Positions 38,901 through 51,149 of a stretch of 64,000 nt of DNA are shown piece after piece; the first letter of the stretch is position 1, and each line of letters begins with the position of its first letter. This DNA is from Tubiluchus corallicola (lineage: Eukaryota; Animalia; Priapulida). The translations under genes were made by a program, and so were the position numbers. The stretch lies in NCBI GenBank assembly GCA_030141605.1, contig JAQGDQ010000106.1, positions 124,001 to 188,000 of the forward strand. Reading direction: 5' to 3'. The notes beneath the pieces are model-generated. The model worked only from the letters and a program-made list of their open reading frames with translations, ran no database searches and was not told where the DNA came from.

Positions 38901-41900
38901 TGAATTTGATAGAGATGTGACAGAGATTAAAAGTAAGAACCTGAAATGAGTGCATACTATAATATAAATGTTAACAATTAGTAATGTTGCACAAAGGAAA
39001 TCATACAATTAACAAAGGCAGCTTCACCTATGAGCATATTTTAAATCTGAGTAAGAGTCATAGGCCACTTCCATAGTGTTTCAGCCATATTGGTAGGTCA
39101 TTTTGGATTTTACTTCATAATCACATAATCACTTCAAAGTTCAGCATAATTCTAATATGCAAACTGGATTCCTCGAATGCCAAAAGATGGCAGCAAAATT
39201 CCTCGTCTATGATGAATACTAAGAGAATTATTCGCATTTTCTCAGTTATGAGGCCATAATGGTTGGCCATCTTGGATTTCAGATCACTTCACTGTAATTT
39301 AAATATGCAAATTTGATTCATCTGTCACTAAAATATGGGAGTGGGCACCAAAATTATTCACCTAGGATAAATAATGAAGAAGCACTGAGCAACTTCGGTG
39401 ACATCTTGAAAATTAGGTCTTTTCTACTGTGCTACCTTCTTATAAACAAATCTCCAACAATATAATTGTGTAGCTTGTATCGTTTAATCTGAAAACAAAT
39501 AAGATAATTTTATATAATTTTGCTCAATTTTACGGCGAAATCTAAACCAAATTGATCTAATTAACTTTAACAAAGTTTTACGCAAATTATAAAATCTAAT
39601 CGCTAGTCTTTTTAATCTAATCTTTTTAATAAACAAAGGTTCAAGATTTAAGAAATTAATAAATGAACTTACATGGTGATCTTCTATAAGTGTAATTATG
39701 AAATTATAACAACAAATCAATGAATGACGCTAAACAATCTGTAACTGCACTGTGTGAATGCCTCAGTGACTCCAATCTACAGGTAAGTGTACAGGTAAAA
39801 GACCGGTCACATGACCTGTTTAAAAGGAAACCAATTTATAACAGAAAAGAGGGGGCACAACAAGTTTAAATCAGCACATCTACTAATACTATAATACATA
39901 CCTGACAATATAAAAACCGTTGAAAAACCTTTTGCAGCAAATTTTTGGGACAAGGTGATTTTTTCATATAATGCAACCACCTATTATTTTATCATCCAAT
40001 ATCGTTGTGCTTAGAAATAGCAATAATGCACAGTGTTGGGTTACAGTGCGCCTCTTGCAGGCACCACGAATAATTTTTCTACAGTATGCTGAGCAACTGC
40101 AAATCACAATTAATCTGACAAAAAATGCCACTAGCCTATTCAAGTTTTACGTTAATTGTGATTGATTAATTAATAGGTAGAACAATAATTAATGCCCAAG
40201 GAAAATTTAATGCAAGAGCTGATTGTTTTCATAAAACAAATGATGATGCCTAAGGAAACTTTATTTTAACAGCCATTTCCATAGAATACTTCCCCTCCCC
40301 AAGCTATCCAAAGCTTTGACTACTGATATTCAACTTTTTTTATTTTACGTTATTTTTTTAAAAAAGATAGCAGCATTTATACTGGAATTTCTAATACATG
40401 TTGTACTGTCTCAACGAAGATAAAGCAATGCGTATTGCACAACTTGTATACTACAGTATGTAAATACAAACTGCTACCTGTGTGTCTTCTCTGAATAAAT
40501 TATAATTACAAAATGATATATCTCACATGCCTTGCCAGATTCTAAAACATGCGTGTTGAAGCAGACATATTACTTTACACCCAAGTTTGTTTACCTAATA
40601 CCAATCTCCTAGAAGTCGATTTAGGGGAACAGTCAACTGCATCTAAAACATGAGCAGCAGAATCCAATTCCTCCAGTAAATTCCACAAATCTTGATGAAG
40701 GCACAGTTGGTCTTCAAATTGACGTACAAGATCAGCTAAGGTCATTTTCTAGTGATTAAATGCAAAAGACAACTAATAATGTTATGTGTGCTTGCATAGC
40801 AAAACCGTCCATAAATCGGCAATTAACCTTTTCTAAATCTCCATTTCATGAGGATCATTTTGATACCAAGCTCATCACTCTATTTTATTTCTAAGTTGAG
40901 ATAATCCATGTTAAGTTCAGGTGCATGCTGCACACTAAAAAGCATAATCTTGAGAAAATCGCTGTTAAAGTTAGCCATTGTTTTCTGCCTCATTTCTACA
41001 AAACACTTAACACCCACATGAATGTTGGTTGCTATGGACTTTGCAAGAGCAGATTGAAATTATTTGTAAATACAGTAGATGGCTCTTTCTGATGATAATC
41101 TGGGCTTGGCAACAGAAAAAACCCGAAGCAAAATGATTGCTTCCATGAGCTACTATCGGAGTTTGAAAATGCAAGTTGCTTGCAATTGCAGTGTTAGTTT
41201 CTGGCATGAAAAATGGGTACAGTGTTATAAAATCTGATTTTTAGTATTTTCTGTACATTTTCTTGATAATTTGATGTTAGAATATAAAAGTCCATATATT
41301 TAGCATTTGTTTTATAAAAGACAAAAAATTGACATTTGACCAAATTTTTGGTACATTTTACTTTGAAGCATAATAATGTTGTTTTAACTATGCTGACTTA
41401 TGGATGGTTTTGGTCTGCAAGCACACACATGCATAATTATAGCAATTTAAGTAATTTGTACAAACACAAAAACATTACCGAGTCTTCCTTTTTTTATATT
41501 TCAATAAATATTATAAGAAAAGATCCGAAACAGTATAAAAATAAAATAATTTTATTAAAAAGAAAAGTAAAAATTACCATCTTGGTTGCTTGGGGAGGGT
41601 TTAATATTACAAATTAAATGTTTCCACACGACGTGTCCACCGCAGACACTAACTGATTAAAGCACATATGTAACAAAAAAAATTAAAGGTAGCATAAATC
41701 CAAATATTATTTACAAAAACACCGTGTTTTGACAATGGTACGGTTGCTACAGTGGGATCACCTAGTCCAAATTCCAACAAATGAAAATTCTGGCATTTTC
41801 TCATCCTCTAATTAAGGTATCAACAAAAACTTTTCACTGATCTATAAATTTTTTTATCTCCCCCTTATGGTTATCTCGTTCTCAGTGGATCTGCACGGAT

Positions 41901-44900
41901 ATATTACACTAAATTCTGCTATAGTAACTACTATTTAAAAACCCCTACCAGGTTAGAAATCACGAAAAACTTACGGTATGCCATTGTACTGAGAACGGTA
42001 CAGGAAGTTCAGCTTGACACGAAGGAGGCTCATAAGGATACTGAAAACCAGACAAATAGGTAATTAAATCCAGCACAGTATATATATATATATATATATT
42101 TATTGTATAATATTAAATGTGATTCACGTACATTAAGGCATCAATATCAAAAAATTCTCAGGAAGTATATCACTATCAAGGTTTACAAAAGTTCAAGTTT
42201 TTGCACAATACTACATTTCATATATTATTTATTTACACATGTTCTATTCATTATTCTAAATCGACTGCAAGAACACATTAATGTGAGATATTTGCGCACT
42301 AGTATGGAATTTGTTAAACAAAAGCAGATGCTTAGTTAATATTAACCGAATGTGAGTAAAAAATAAAATTTACTCCGCCATTTATCATACTAGCTTGAAA
42401 CATTACTTCTTTCATCGTTCACAACCTCATTACGTACCTCAGCAGGAATGTGTACAGTTAGCAAGTGGCTTCGTTCACGCTCATCCTGGACTTGTACTTT
42501 CAGCAAAGAAAAATCTGAATCCACGTGAGATATCCTGTCCGTATATAATTACAAAGTCACAAAAATATATGATCAGCATTGTTACATTTGAATAATATTT
42601 CTAGTTTCCTGCTCTTGTAAAGTGTCAGAAAGTTATCCTATTGCAGGTGGCATTCTACAAACCCGTAGTTACACTGTACGAGTACAATTAAAATAGCAAG
42701 CAATAATGCTATTCACTGTTCACGTCAGCATGAGGACTGATATCCCAAGCTATGTTGTTTTGCAGCACAGTATTTGACACCAAACAAAAATGAAACAAGG
42801 CTTTGAATAACGAAAATTAGTAACATCACATACATAAGTAAAAAGCTTTTAAATGCAGTTATTGAACAAATGTGCCATAAATGGCCTACAAGACTCTGTT
42901 CGTTCACTGTAGCATTTTGCTAAAACTTTTAAGTCGTTGCATTAAATTTAATATAGCTGAATTTTATTGATTATTTTAAATTTCAGTTCTTTTCAACCAT
43001 TATTGAGAACAAATGCGAAGTTTCACCTGCTCCAACCAACGGCATCTAAATCGCTCACAATCCGTTGACAAAATTCTGATTGTAAACATGTTTTGGACTT
43101 TCCCTGCTTTAGTTTACTTTCCTAGAATAAAAGAGCCAGTAAAGCTAATATTTGGTGTCAGAATACTTCATGTAACAAATGGAAAAAATCCAAAGAACTT
43201 GAGTGGCACATACATAAATTATGACTATTTTTTACTTCAATGTTGGCTTAGAATGAGGTAAACTAATATCTAAGCGTGTAAAAGGCAATAATTTATCAAT
43301 TATACTAAACTGATTTAAAGATGGATTTTATACCAACAAGGGATAACACAATTTATATTATGCAAAGCATGTAATTAAATGTAAACATTCAGTAGTTAAC
43401 ACCCAAAGCACCGATATATTTTATTAATCGCTCAGAGACTCATAATAACAATCCTTATATCAACTGCTCAGAAAACGAAAGCTGTCTCACGCCAATGACA
43501 TTTTTTGATATCTCAGGTCTCTTGTAAATTTTACTAATTAAATTTTTAGATACTCAAAAATAATTCAATGTTTTGGGTTTCTACCTTTCAAACGCTCTGT
43601 ACATATTTTGAAATGTTGATGCTTTGGGCACATACGTTTCAGATGCCTCGTGTCACGTTCACCTTTCTAGGACCTTAGCCACTTTTTGATGGCCAAAACA
43701 ATTACTTTTTAGAATTGTTTGACAAATGTCACCCAAAAAAGAGAGTATAAAAATTCACAAGATGTCTGGGACATGTGTGTGCACGCGTGTGTGCCAACCC
43801 TTATGAAATATTTATTACAGAAATTTTAATTAATTAATGTAAGTATTACTCACCAAAATAGTAGACAGTTCATGTAGAAATGTTCCTATGTTATCACTTT
43901 GCCTGAGTCTCTGTAAACAAAAAAAAACTTTGTCAATCAGTATTCGGCAATTTGTCATTGGTTCATTCAGTTCCGTGCACCATGATTCAGTTGTGTGAAT
44001 CATTAGGTAATGACCACCTATTTGACTCTGATTCACTAGTTAACAGTCCCAACACATCTTTGGCAGGTGTAATAGAAAAATGCAATCTATCACCTTTTTA
44101 GAACTAAAGGGTTAATGTAGATAATAAATGTTTATTTGCAATATGTGACATACAGCATTTAATGTGATAACATAATTATAATGTTTTTCTACTACACAAT
44201 TTGTTTCTACTCTGCAGAATGCAGAAGGGATCGCAAAAGCTCCAAAGCAGAGCAATCTTAACACTTCAGAATCATTGCCTGATGTTTGCATCCCTGGAAG
44301 TAAATTCCATTAGCCCAGTTTGGGGATATGTGATAAGAGCAAATACAGAGTATAATGAAAGCCAAGTAAAATAGACTACTGTGCACCTTGTAGGTTAGAC
44401 GATGGAATACAAGCAATGAACTTTCTGTTCTAACACAGTTCTGTTGTGCACAGAAATTGCATACAAATATAAGATGGTCTAGCTGATGACCAGATTCCAC
44501 TGTAATCAAAGTTACACTGCATTACTCCACACTTCCGCAGGCAAAATGTTATAATTATGTTGCACTACGATAATATTACAGCAAGATTTCTTCTGCATAC
44601 ACTGTATAAAATCAGTGTTTATTAAACAGTCCTATAATATTTCTTCACAGTTTTCTGTTGGTCAAGTATGACAAAAAAAATACAAGGCATTAGAATGAAA
44701 ATATACCGGAACATTAAAAATATTGTGCTCTTCCAACCACAAACCTATAAGATAGTATTAAATGCATCTTCTAAATTTACATCACATTGCCCTTATTATT
44801 TAAAAGTTCATTAACTTTTATACCTTTTGAACCACATTAAGGTTGTTTTGCAACAAATGTTTGACTCTCCAGTTAACGAACAGCGAAGCATCTTGTAATG

Positions 44901-45395
44901 CATCTGGTTTTCTAAGTATGATCCTCAAATGATATGTTTCACCCTGAAATACTAGTTTCTTGTAGATGTAGTTAAGTAAACAACATCTAATACAACTATA
45001 GTTAAAATGATTAGAGAAAATGTTGTTAGTGATAAATTAATGATTAATTCCAAAATTAGGTAATTCAGTTACCGATTCGATAAGAAGACAAAATTAAAGG
45101 CATGACAATGACAGTTCTAGTTAAAATTACCAAACTTATTTTTGTAATCACCATAATTACCATGTTCTCACTCTTGTAAAAACGAACTGTTACATAAACT
45201 ATGAAAGGTGAGGGCATGCGATTGCATGCTCTAATTAAAAGTAGTGCATACTTGATGATGATGAATACATGGCACTTGTTGACCAAACAGAAAAAATGTA
45301 AATTTTCTAAAACTGGTACTTACACAAGTGGATATAAGGCCAATAAACATAGTATTGTCTGAGTTGATTGGTATGTAGGAGCTTGTAGAAACCAT
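32922..45395 (-). CDS. FANCL: E3 ubiquitin ligase FANCL (ELF-DRWD-RING), 13 coding exons, ~362 aa
   Basis: Exons 45395-45324, 44943-44824, 43910-43854, 43121-43027, 42534-42438, 42040-41975, 40748-40595, 37597-37514, 36311-36266, 35990-35909, 35033-34917, 33811-33740, 32948-32922; total 1089 nt, GT-AG, phases agree. Motifs DLDAVGWSR, YPYEPP, IDPWNPRALPECIFIG, and the RING CGICYAYQL...CENSKCGQAYHQEC...QSFNRIFGECPYC. The gene is essentially invisible in the ORF track. Confidence 0.92.
34500..34818 (+). repeat. Interspersed repeat copy A (non-autonomous element) in a FANCL intron
   Basis: ATTTTCAAACTCCGATAGTAGCTC...GCCAAGCCCA and GATTATCTCAGCTTAGAAAT...GAGCTTGGTATCAAAA...TTTTGCTATGCAAG match the reverse complement of 40783-41170. 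Confidence 0.8.
36465..37190. mobile_element. Possible hAT-like MITE
   Basis: Imperfect TIRs TAAGGCTGTCAATCGA and TCGACTGCCAGTCCTG, with subterminal AATCGAAT repeats at both ends. Confidence 0.4.
40783..41170 (-). repeat. Interspersed repeat copy B, inverted relative to copy A
   Basis: CTTGCATAGCAAAA...TTTTGATACCAAGCTCATC...GAGATAATCCA and TGGGCTTGGC...GAGCTACTATCGGAGTTTGAAAAT. Confidence 0.8.
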
Positions 45396-47482
45396 CTTGC
45401 AGTAGCCTTAAAACTCATAAACTAACTGGTATCCATTATAGGGCTTCTTCAACCAGTCTGTTAATAGTAATCACTGTAATAATCAGTAAAGTTAAATTAC
45501 ATTATTTCAGAACTATTTTATGTGTGTTACAACAAGTCAGCCCTGTCAAAATTTAAAAAAAACTATTGTTAAAATTTCATGGTACCGCTTTCGTATCACT
45601 TAACAAATTTCTTCACTTGTGACATCTCACTAGTGTTCCCAGTGAAAGTCTACTTTTTGAAACTTATAAAAAGTTTACAAAAGGTTAAAAATTTAGTTTA
45701 TAAAAAACATTTTCAGCTATTTTTATAAAATTTGTAACATCACTTTTGCAGAAAACAAGACTGGACATTCTATGTATCATTGCAACGTTCTTTGAATGGA
45801 AAGTGCTATAAACATAGTTCTGTTTTCTGGGTAGTCTAGGGTTTTCAGAGAGGCCACCCAAATTTTGCAAAATGTTTTACACAAAAGACTTTCAAAATAG
45901 ATTTTTTTTCACCCACTTGGGTGTCACAGAAAGATTAGGCACATGCCTGGAAAAAGAAAAAAGGTCCACACAGTGAAAAATGTTTATTTAAAGATACACT
46001 TGCTGACCAAAACAGAAAGGGCATACTTCAATGTTCATATAAGCTCACAGTGTTACTTTTTACTTGGTATGTCATTGTCTTTTTTTTCAAAAAATCTAAT
46101 ACCATAATCTCTGTTCTCCGCATTGTCATTGTCCTCTGCACTGTATTATAACATATTGAGTTATTATGTTACTATTCAATTAGTTAGTATTATGGGCAAA
46201 CCAAAGGAAACAAGACAAACAATATTACTGGTTACAATAATTTCAATTTAATCATGGTGATGCATAAACAATTTTGCAATGCCTTTGCTTTCAAATTTAG
46301 GGATTAGTATTGATAACAGATTTGTACCATGAATGTACACACTGTAGTGTTGTTGTTTTTATTGTTACTGTTGATCACACGTTGTAGTTTCTTTTAACTG
46401 TTGTGCCCATTGCTGTGTTGTTGTTGCTGATGATGAGGATGAAAAATTGAAAATGAATGACGATTATGATGATGATTACTGATGAAGACGAAAACATACA
46501 GCTACTTTTTTATAATAATGACAATAACAAATATGATAATACTGGCAAAAAACAATGGGGTTGGCCGCTAATGTAATGCTTTACAAGTCAATTTCCATCC
46601 AAAGTGTACTACAATGGTTTTGTAAGGTCTTTCTCATTTTCTTGTAGTTGACTTAATATTCTGCAGATAATGCTTTTCTTAGTATACTGTCAGTACTAAC
46701 AATGAGGTATGGAAATGTAAAAAGCAGGTTTAAGTTCAAATTGGAAAATACAAAAAGCAGACCACTAAGATTTTTAATTAATGTAAATGAATAGTACCAG
46801 ATACTTTATTTGTTTAATATCACGTTTAACAAAGTTCGTTCATTATCAGTGCAAAACAAGTTTCCTCAAACACATGATGTTTCTTCAAGTTGTAACAATT
46901 TTTAATACAGTTAGGTAAAAAAAAGTGTAAAATGAATCCCTATAAAAATAAAGAAGGAAAATTAACTAATGTCATTCAAAATTTCTTATGGTAATTTACA
47001 CACAATTGGAAATGTCATTTTCCTACTACATATGGTAGGCGTACCAATTGGTCTCTTACTTTTCCATCAAACATCTAATGTAATCATTTGCAATGAGACT
47101 CAATTCAAATAATTTGTAACAGATTGGTTAATACTTATTAAGTACCTATTGTGACATCACATAGAATCTTTGCATACAAACTGATAATTAGTCAATAAAA
47201 TTGATTTGTATTTGCAATTCTTAATCGATCATTACCAAAACTGATTGTTCTTCCTTTCACACGACTCCACAAGGTTCGTGAAAATAGGTTGAAGTAGCTT
47301 TTATGTAATTTTTATAACATCCTAACAAACTATTGGTGATGAAAACATAACCTCATGGGCAAAAGTAATAATTTTCTCCCATTTAATATTTAATACAATT
47401 ATCCTAGTTAATGCAATTGCATTTCAGATAATACAAACTTCCAAAGTTTCAATGCTATATCACTAACTTGTTGTGTGAGCCA

Positions 47483-49456
47483 CTAAAAAGGCAAGGCATA
47501 TATTTTACGTATGAACAACATACAAGCAAGAAAGCCAATAGTTCCAGTAAAGAGGAACAGGCACCACATGATGATAGCTGTATAGCCAAAATAAAGAAAG
47601 GCGCTAACAAATCCCGTATAGTCAGTGTAAACAACATAGTAGTAGACACTATAAACACACGAAAAAATGGCTACACAACCTGAAGTCATATATGACCGCC
47701 ACCACCAATGATAATCTTCACCACACAGGTGAAAATAACACAGAAGAATTGTCGCTTCAGCACATGTAATAATTAGAATAACAAACACCATAAACAGAAA
47801 ACCAAACATGTAGAAAATCTGGTGAGACCAAATGCTTTTTAAGATAAAGAACAGCTGTATAAAAATGCAACTAAAAGGCAAAATACCACCAAACAGAATA
47901 CCTGGTATGGGTTTCTTATAAAAAGATTGTACTGGAATTTGTCGTGGTATCTGATTGGTGCATGCTGGCTGCTCAAAAAAGCTGTAACTACAACCCAAAT
48001 ATGTGCCAAAAAGTATTAGCGGGACACATCCAGCAAGCCAGATTATCAGTAGAACTAAAAAAGTAACAAACGGCATGGCTGCCGAGCTGCCACATACCCA
48101 TGAGATCAAGTTGCAGAAGAAAAATAAGGCAAATACAACTCCGGGGCATAAAAGACACGTCACTAACATGTTTGCTTTCCACTTTTCTCCTCCCATAATC
48201 TTGTAAAGTGATGCAGACATGTAGCCTGCAGACAATCCTGAAATACTATAAACCACTAAAATGCATTTAACAAGAGCCCCACGATTGCCGGGAAACAAAA
48301 GTCCGAAACAAGCAAATATCAATGTCACCAGTAAGGTTAAGCCTATCTGTGTACCAGAACCAACTAGAGCTGCTAATAATATGTCGTTAGCAGGTGGTCG
48401 AAAAACATCACCGTGTACTAGACGCCAGGCAAACTCGCCTTCACTCATCTGATCATTACTTTTGCACAGTCTTTTCAACAAAATCATAATTAACACTCCA
48501 GATAAAAATAACACAACAATTAATGAATTTATAACACTGAACCACAGAATATTAGCGTGAGGCATGGAACCCAAAATGTAGTCCCAACGAGAAGACCAAT
48601 TTATGTCTTTATTTTCCACAAAAGTTACACCATATGCATATGTTATAGTGACAGCACCGTTTTCTCCAGGTTGTTTAAAGCTAGCTGTACCTTGTTGCAA
48701 AGTGCACTTGTTCTCATCTTTAGGATCAATGGCTATGCCTATGCTCATTGGCTCTATTTTGATTGACAATATACGTCCAACTTGTTCAAACTGAGAGGAC
48801 GTAAAAGATATATCACCTTTCGGTGGGGTATGATAAGCTACTGTCAGGTTGATGTAATTGAACACATAGAATGTGTTAGGCTCTGAATATGCATTGCTAA
48901 TGACACAAGCATCTTTTGCACGTCCATCCATATCCACATAACAGCCAATTGGAAACCCGATTGCACAATATTCTACACCACTTTCTACTTGGTAACACCA
49001 TGGAACAGGTAAATTGTCTACAATCCAATGATGTTGGTAATTCAACATAATTCCTTTACTGAGAAATTTAAGCTTTTTCTTATGATCACTATTTGATTTA
49101 TCATCATATGTTTTTGAACACGCCACTTTGCATGTCTCGCTTTCGTTGAAGTTCAGTTCATAAGGAGAGGGACGTATCCGTTCCCCAAAAACAACCTGAC
49201 CCAGATTCTCCTTGTAGCTTGGGGCATCTTCTCTGCTAGGACAAAAATCAAAATGGCTGTATTCGAAAGGAATCACAGACACTTCTGAATCCAATCGGTT
49301 GACATATACAGGTATTTTGCTCTTGCAGTCTTTTACATCTTTATGTGCACAGTAACTAACGGGACCCTTTAACGGTAGGTGAAAAGCGTTTGTTTGAACA
49401 CCTAGTATTACAGTCTGAATTGCTAACATCAATGCCCAACTGCCCCAATGTGCCAT
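47483..49456 (-). CDS. Transmembrane 9 superfamily member 2-like (nonaspanin/EMP70), diverged paralogue with a single coding exon, ~657 aa
   Basis: Uninterrupted ORF. The likely start is the ATG at 49456 (MAHWGSWALMLAIQTVILGVQTNA signal peptide), after a splice acceptor at 49501-49502. Motifs ENLGQVVFGERIRPSPY, YQHHWIVDNLPV, WSSRWDYIL, WRLVHGDVFRPP, TNQIPRQIP and EDYHWWWRS. Confidence 0.9.
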   Translation of the reverse strand: MAHWGSWALMLAIQTVILGVQTNAFHLPLKGPVSYCAHKDVKDCKSKIPVYVNRLDSEVSVIPFEYSHFDFCPSREDAPSYKENLGQVVFGERIRPSPYELNFNESETCKVACSKTYDDKSNSDHKKKLKFLSKGIMLNYQHHWIVDNLPVPWCYQVESGVEYCAIGFPIGCYVDMDGRAKDACVISNAYSEPNTFYVFNYINLTVAYHTPPKGDISFTSSQFEQVGRILSIKIEPMSIGIAIDPKDENKCTLQQGTASFKQPGENGAVTITYAYGVTFVENKDINWSSRWDYILGSMPHANILWFSVINSLIVVLFLSGVLIMILLKRLCKSNDQMSEGEFAWRLVHGDVFRPPANDILLAALVGSGTQIGLTLLVTLIFACFGLLFPGNRGALVKCILVVYSISGLSAGYMSASLYKIMGGEKWKANMLVTCLLCPGVVFALFFFCNLISWVCGSSAAMPFVTFLVLLIIWLAGCVPLILFGTYLGCSYSFFEQPACTNQIPRQIPVQSFYKKPIPGILFGGILPFSCIFIQLFFILKSIWSHQIFYMFGFLFMVFVILIITCAEATILLCYFHLCGEDYHWWWRSYMTSGCVAIFSCVYSVYYYVVYTDYTGFVSAFLYFGYTAIIMWCLFLFTGTIGFLACMLFIRKIYALPF

Positions 49457-51149
49457 CTCACTGATTTCACGTATTCTTGAATGCTGTTTATTTGCAAAGC
49501 CTGTCAAACAATGAAAACAAAATATATGATGACTGTATTGAAATATAACTTTTAACAAATGACTCACGGTAATGAATTTAATATTCGGTTAACAGGACCG
49601 GCAACATGTCACTTTTTCAAGAATGTGCAGTACCTCATTCACTGAAAATTGAGTAATATAACGTGACGACCGATTTCAAATCACAGATTACACACAGCCA
49701 GCATTTAACTATACGTCAAGAAAAACTACCAAGTGGGCTGATATGACAGATCAACACTATCGTTGGCAAAAGTGACTTGACAGCAAAATTATATACAAAT
49801 TATAACCACTTGCGGAAAAGTGTGCAGCTCAGTTGATCTACTGCTCTCTTTTGGAAAGAAAATGAAGCAAAATCTGCCTAACTTGGCTGCTATTAAGGGG
49901 AACACCAAAAAATGCATACTGACATAACAGATCTATCTTCACTTACACTTATTAGTGTGTAAGTTTCAAATAATTTAACGAATAAGTATCACTCGTAAAA
50001 ATTATTCAAATATTCGACTTTGGGGTACTTTCCTTCCACCCTCATTATGGTAGACTGCGAGGAGATAAATAAACAAAAACGCAGCTGTATTGATTAATTC
50101 TTCTATGTTCCAGTTACTGTATCATTGTGTATACCCCTTGCTGACCTGGAATGACAAATTTACCCACACCCATGCTTTTGCCCAGACAGAGCTGCAGCAA
50201 TAAATACTGCAACCTGAAATCGAAGATGAGCTGTACATGTATATTATTTAACATAGAGCTGTTTGACTTTTACATAACCGAATTTCTCTTTGCACAATGA
50301 ACATTCTATAGAGGTTGAATCGAATTTACAAATTGTTGTCATACCAAGTTTTTGAAGCCATAAAGACGACGAAGTATGTACAGACAGTACAGTATTTCTG
50401 TCCTCCCACCAAGTTGCCTGGACGTTGAGCTAATGATGGAATGACAATTTTCATGCCTCCTATTTGCAAAGACAAGGCATTATTATTATAAGGACATGCT
50501 GGACGATGTTTTTATCCGGTTTTTATGGGTTTTGCAAGTCAGGAACATTGTCTTTGCTTAGCACATGATATTGATTTACTCTCTCTATTCTCTAGAACAG
50601 ACATGATTTAGGAAATACATATTTGATTTTAAATGATGATGGTTAACTGATTTCTTTTCTTGAACTTCTCGTCAGTTTTGGGGTCATAACAATAAGTTTT
50701 TTATTCTAGTATGTTCAAATTAATGTACAGAAACATTCCTTAGCTGATCATGTGGTTAATTCATGGAATCTTCTTCAAAGCATAGACAATATACCCATAT
50801 CAAATTATTTATTTAAATTGTAGTTGTCTTTACAATTGCAATAGTAATTTTAGATGTAATTGAACTGTTACTGCATTAATTGAAATTCCCATTATATGGA
50901 AACCAATATTACGAACAGATAATAACGTAATTATAATAACTTTGGGAAAACAGGGAACTTGAGAGTAGTCTTAAAGGAAAAGAAAAAAATTGTTATAATT
51001 ACATATGTTCAGTCTTGAAATGCAAAAAGGCAACAATTTAACAAGAAATATTATCATGAACAATTACAAAATTTCATAAATGTACAGGCATTTTTTAAAA
51101 ATTATCCCTAGTAAATTTAAACTTTGCACTTGGCATCATACAAGCTAGG

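Noticed and set aside
47468-48794. Short ORFs overlapping the TM9SF2-like gene
   Set aside because: They are antisense or alternative-frame shadows with no recognisable motifs.
49457-49567. N-terminal 37 aa of the 694-aa ORF in the track
   Set aside because: It begins at a non-ATG codon and crosses a polypyrimidine tract and acceptor at 49501. The signal peptide starts at the ATG at 49456.
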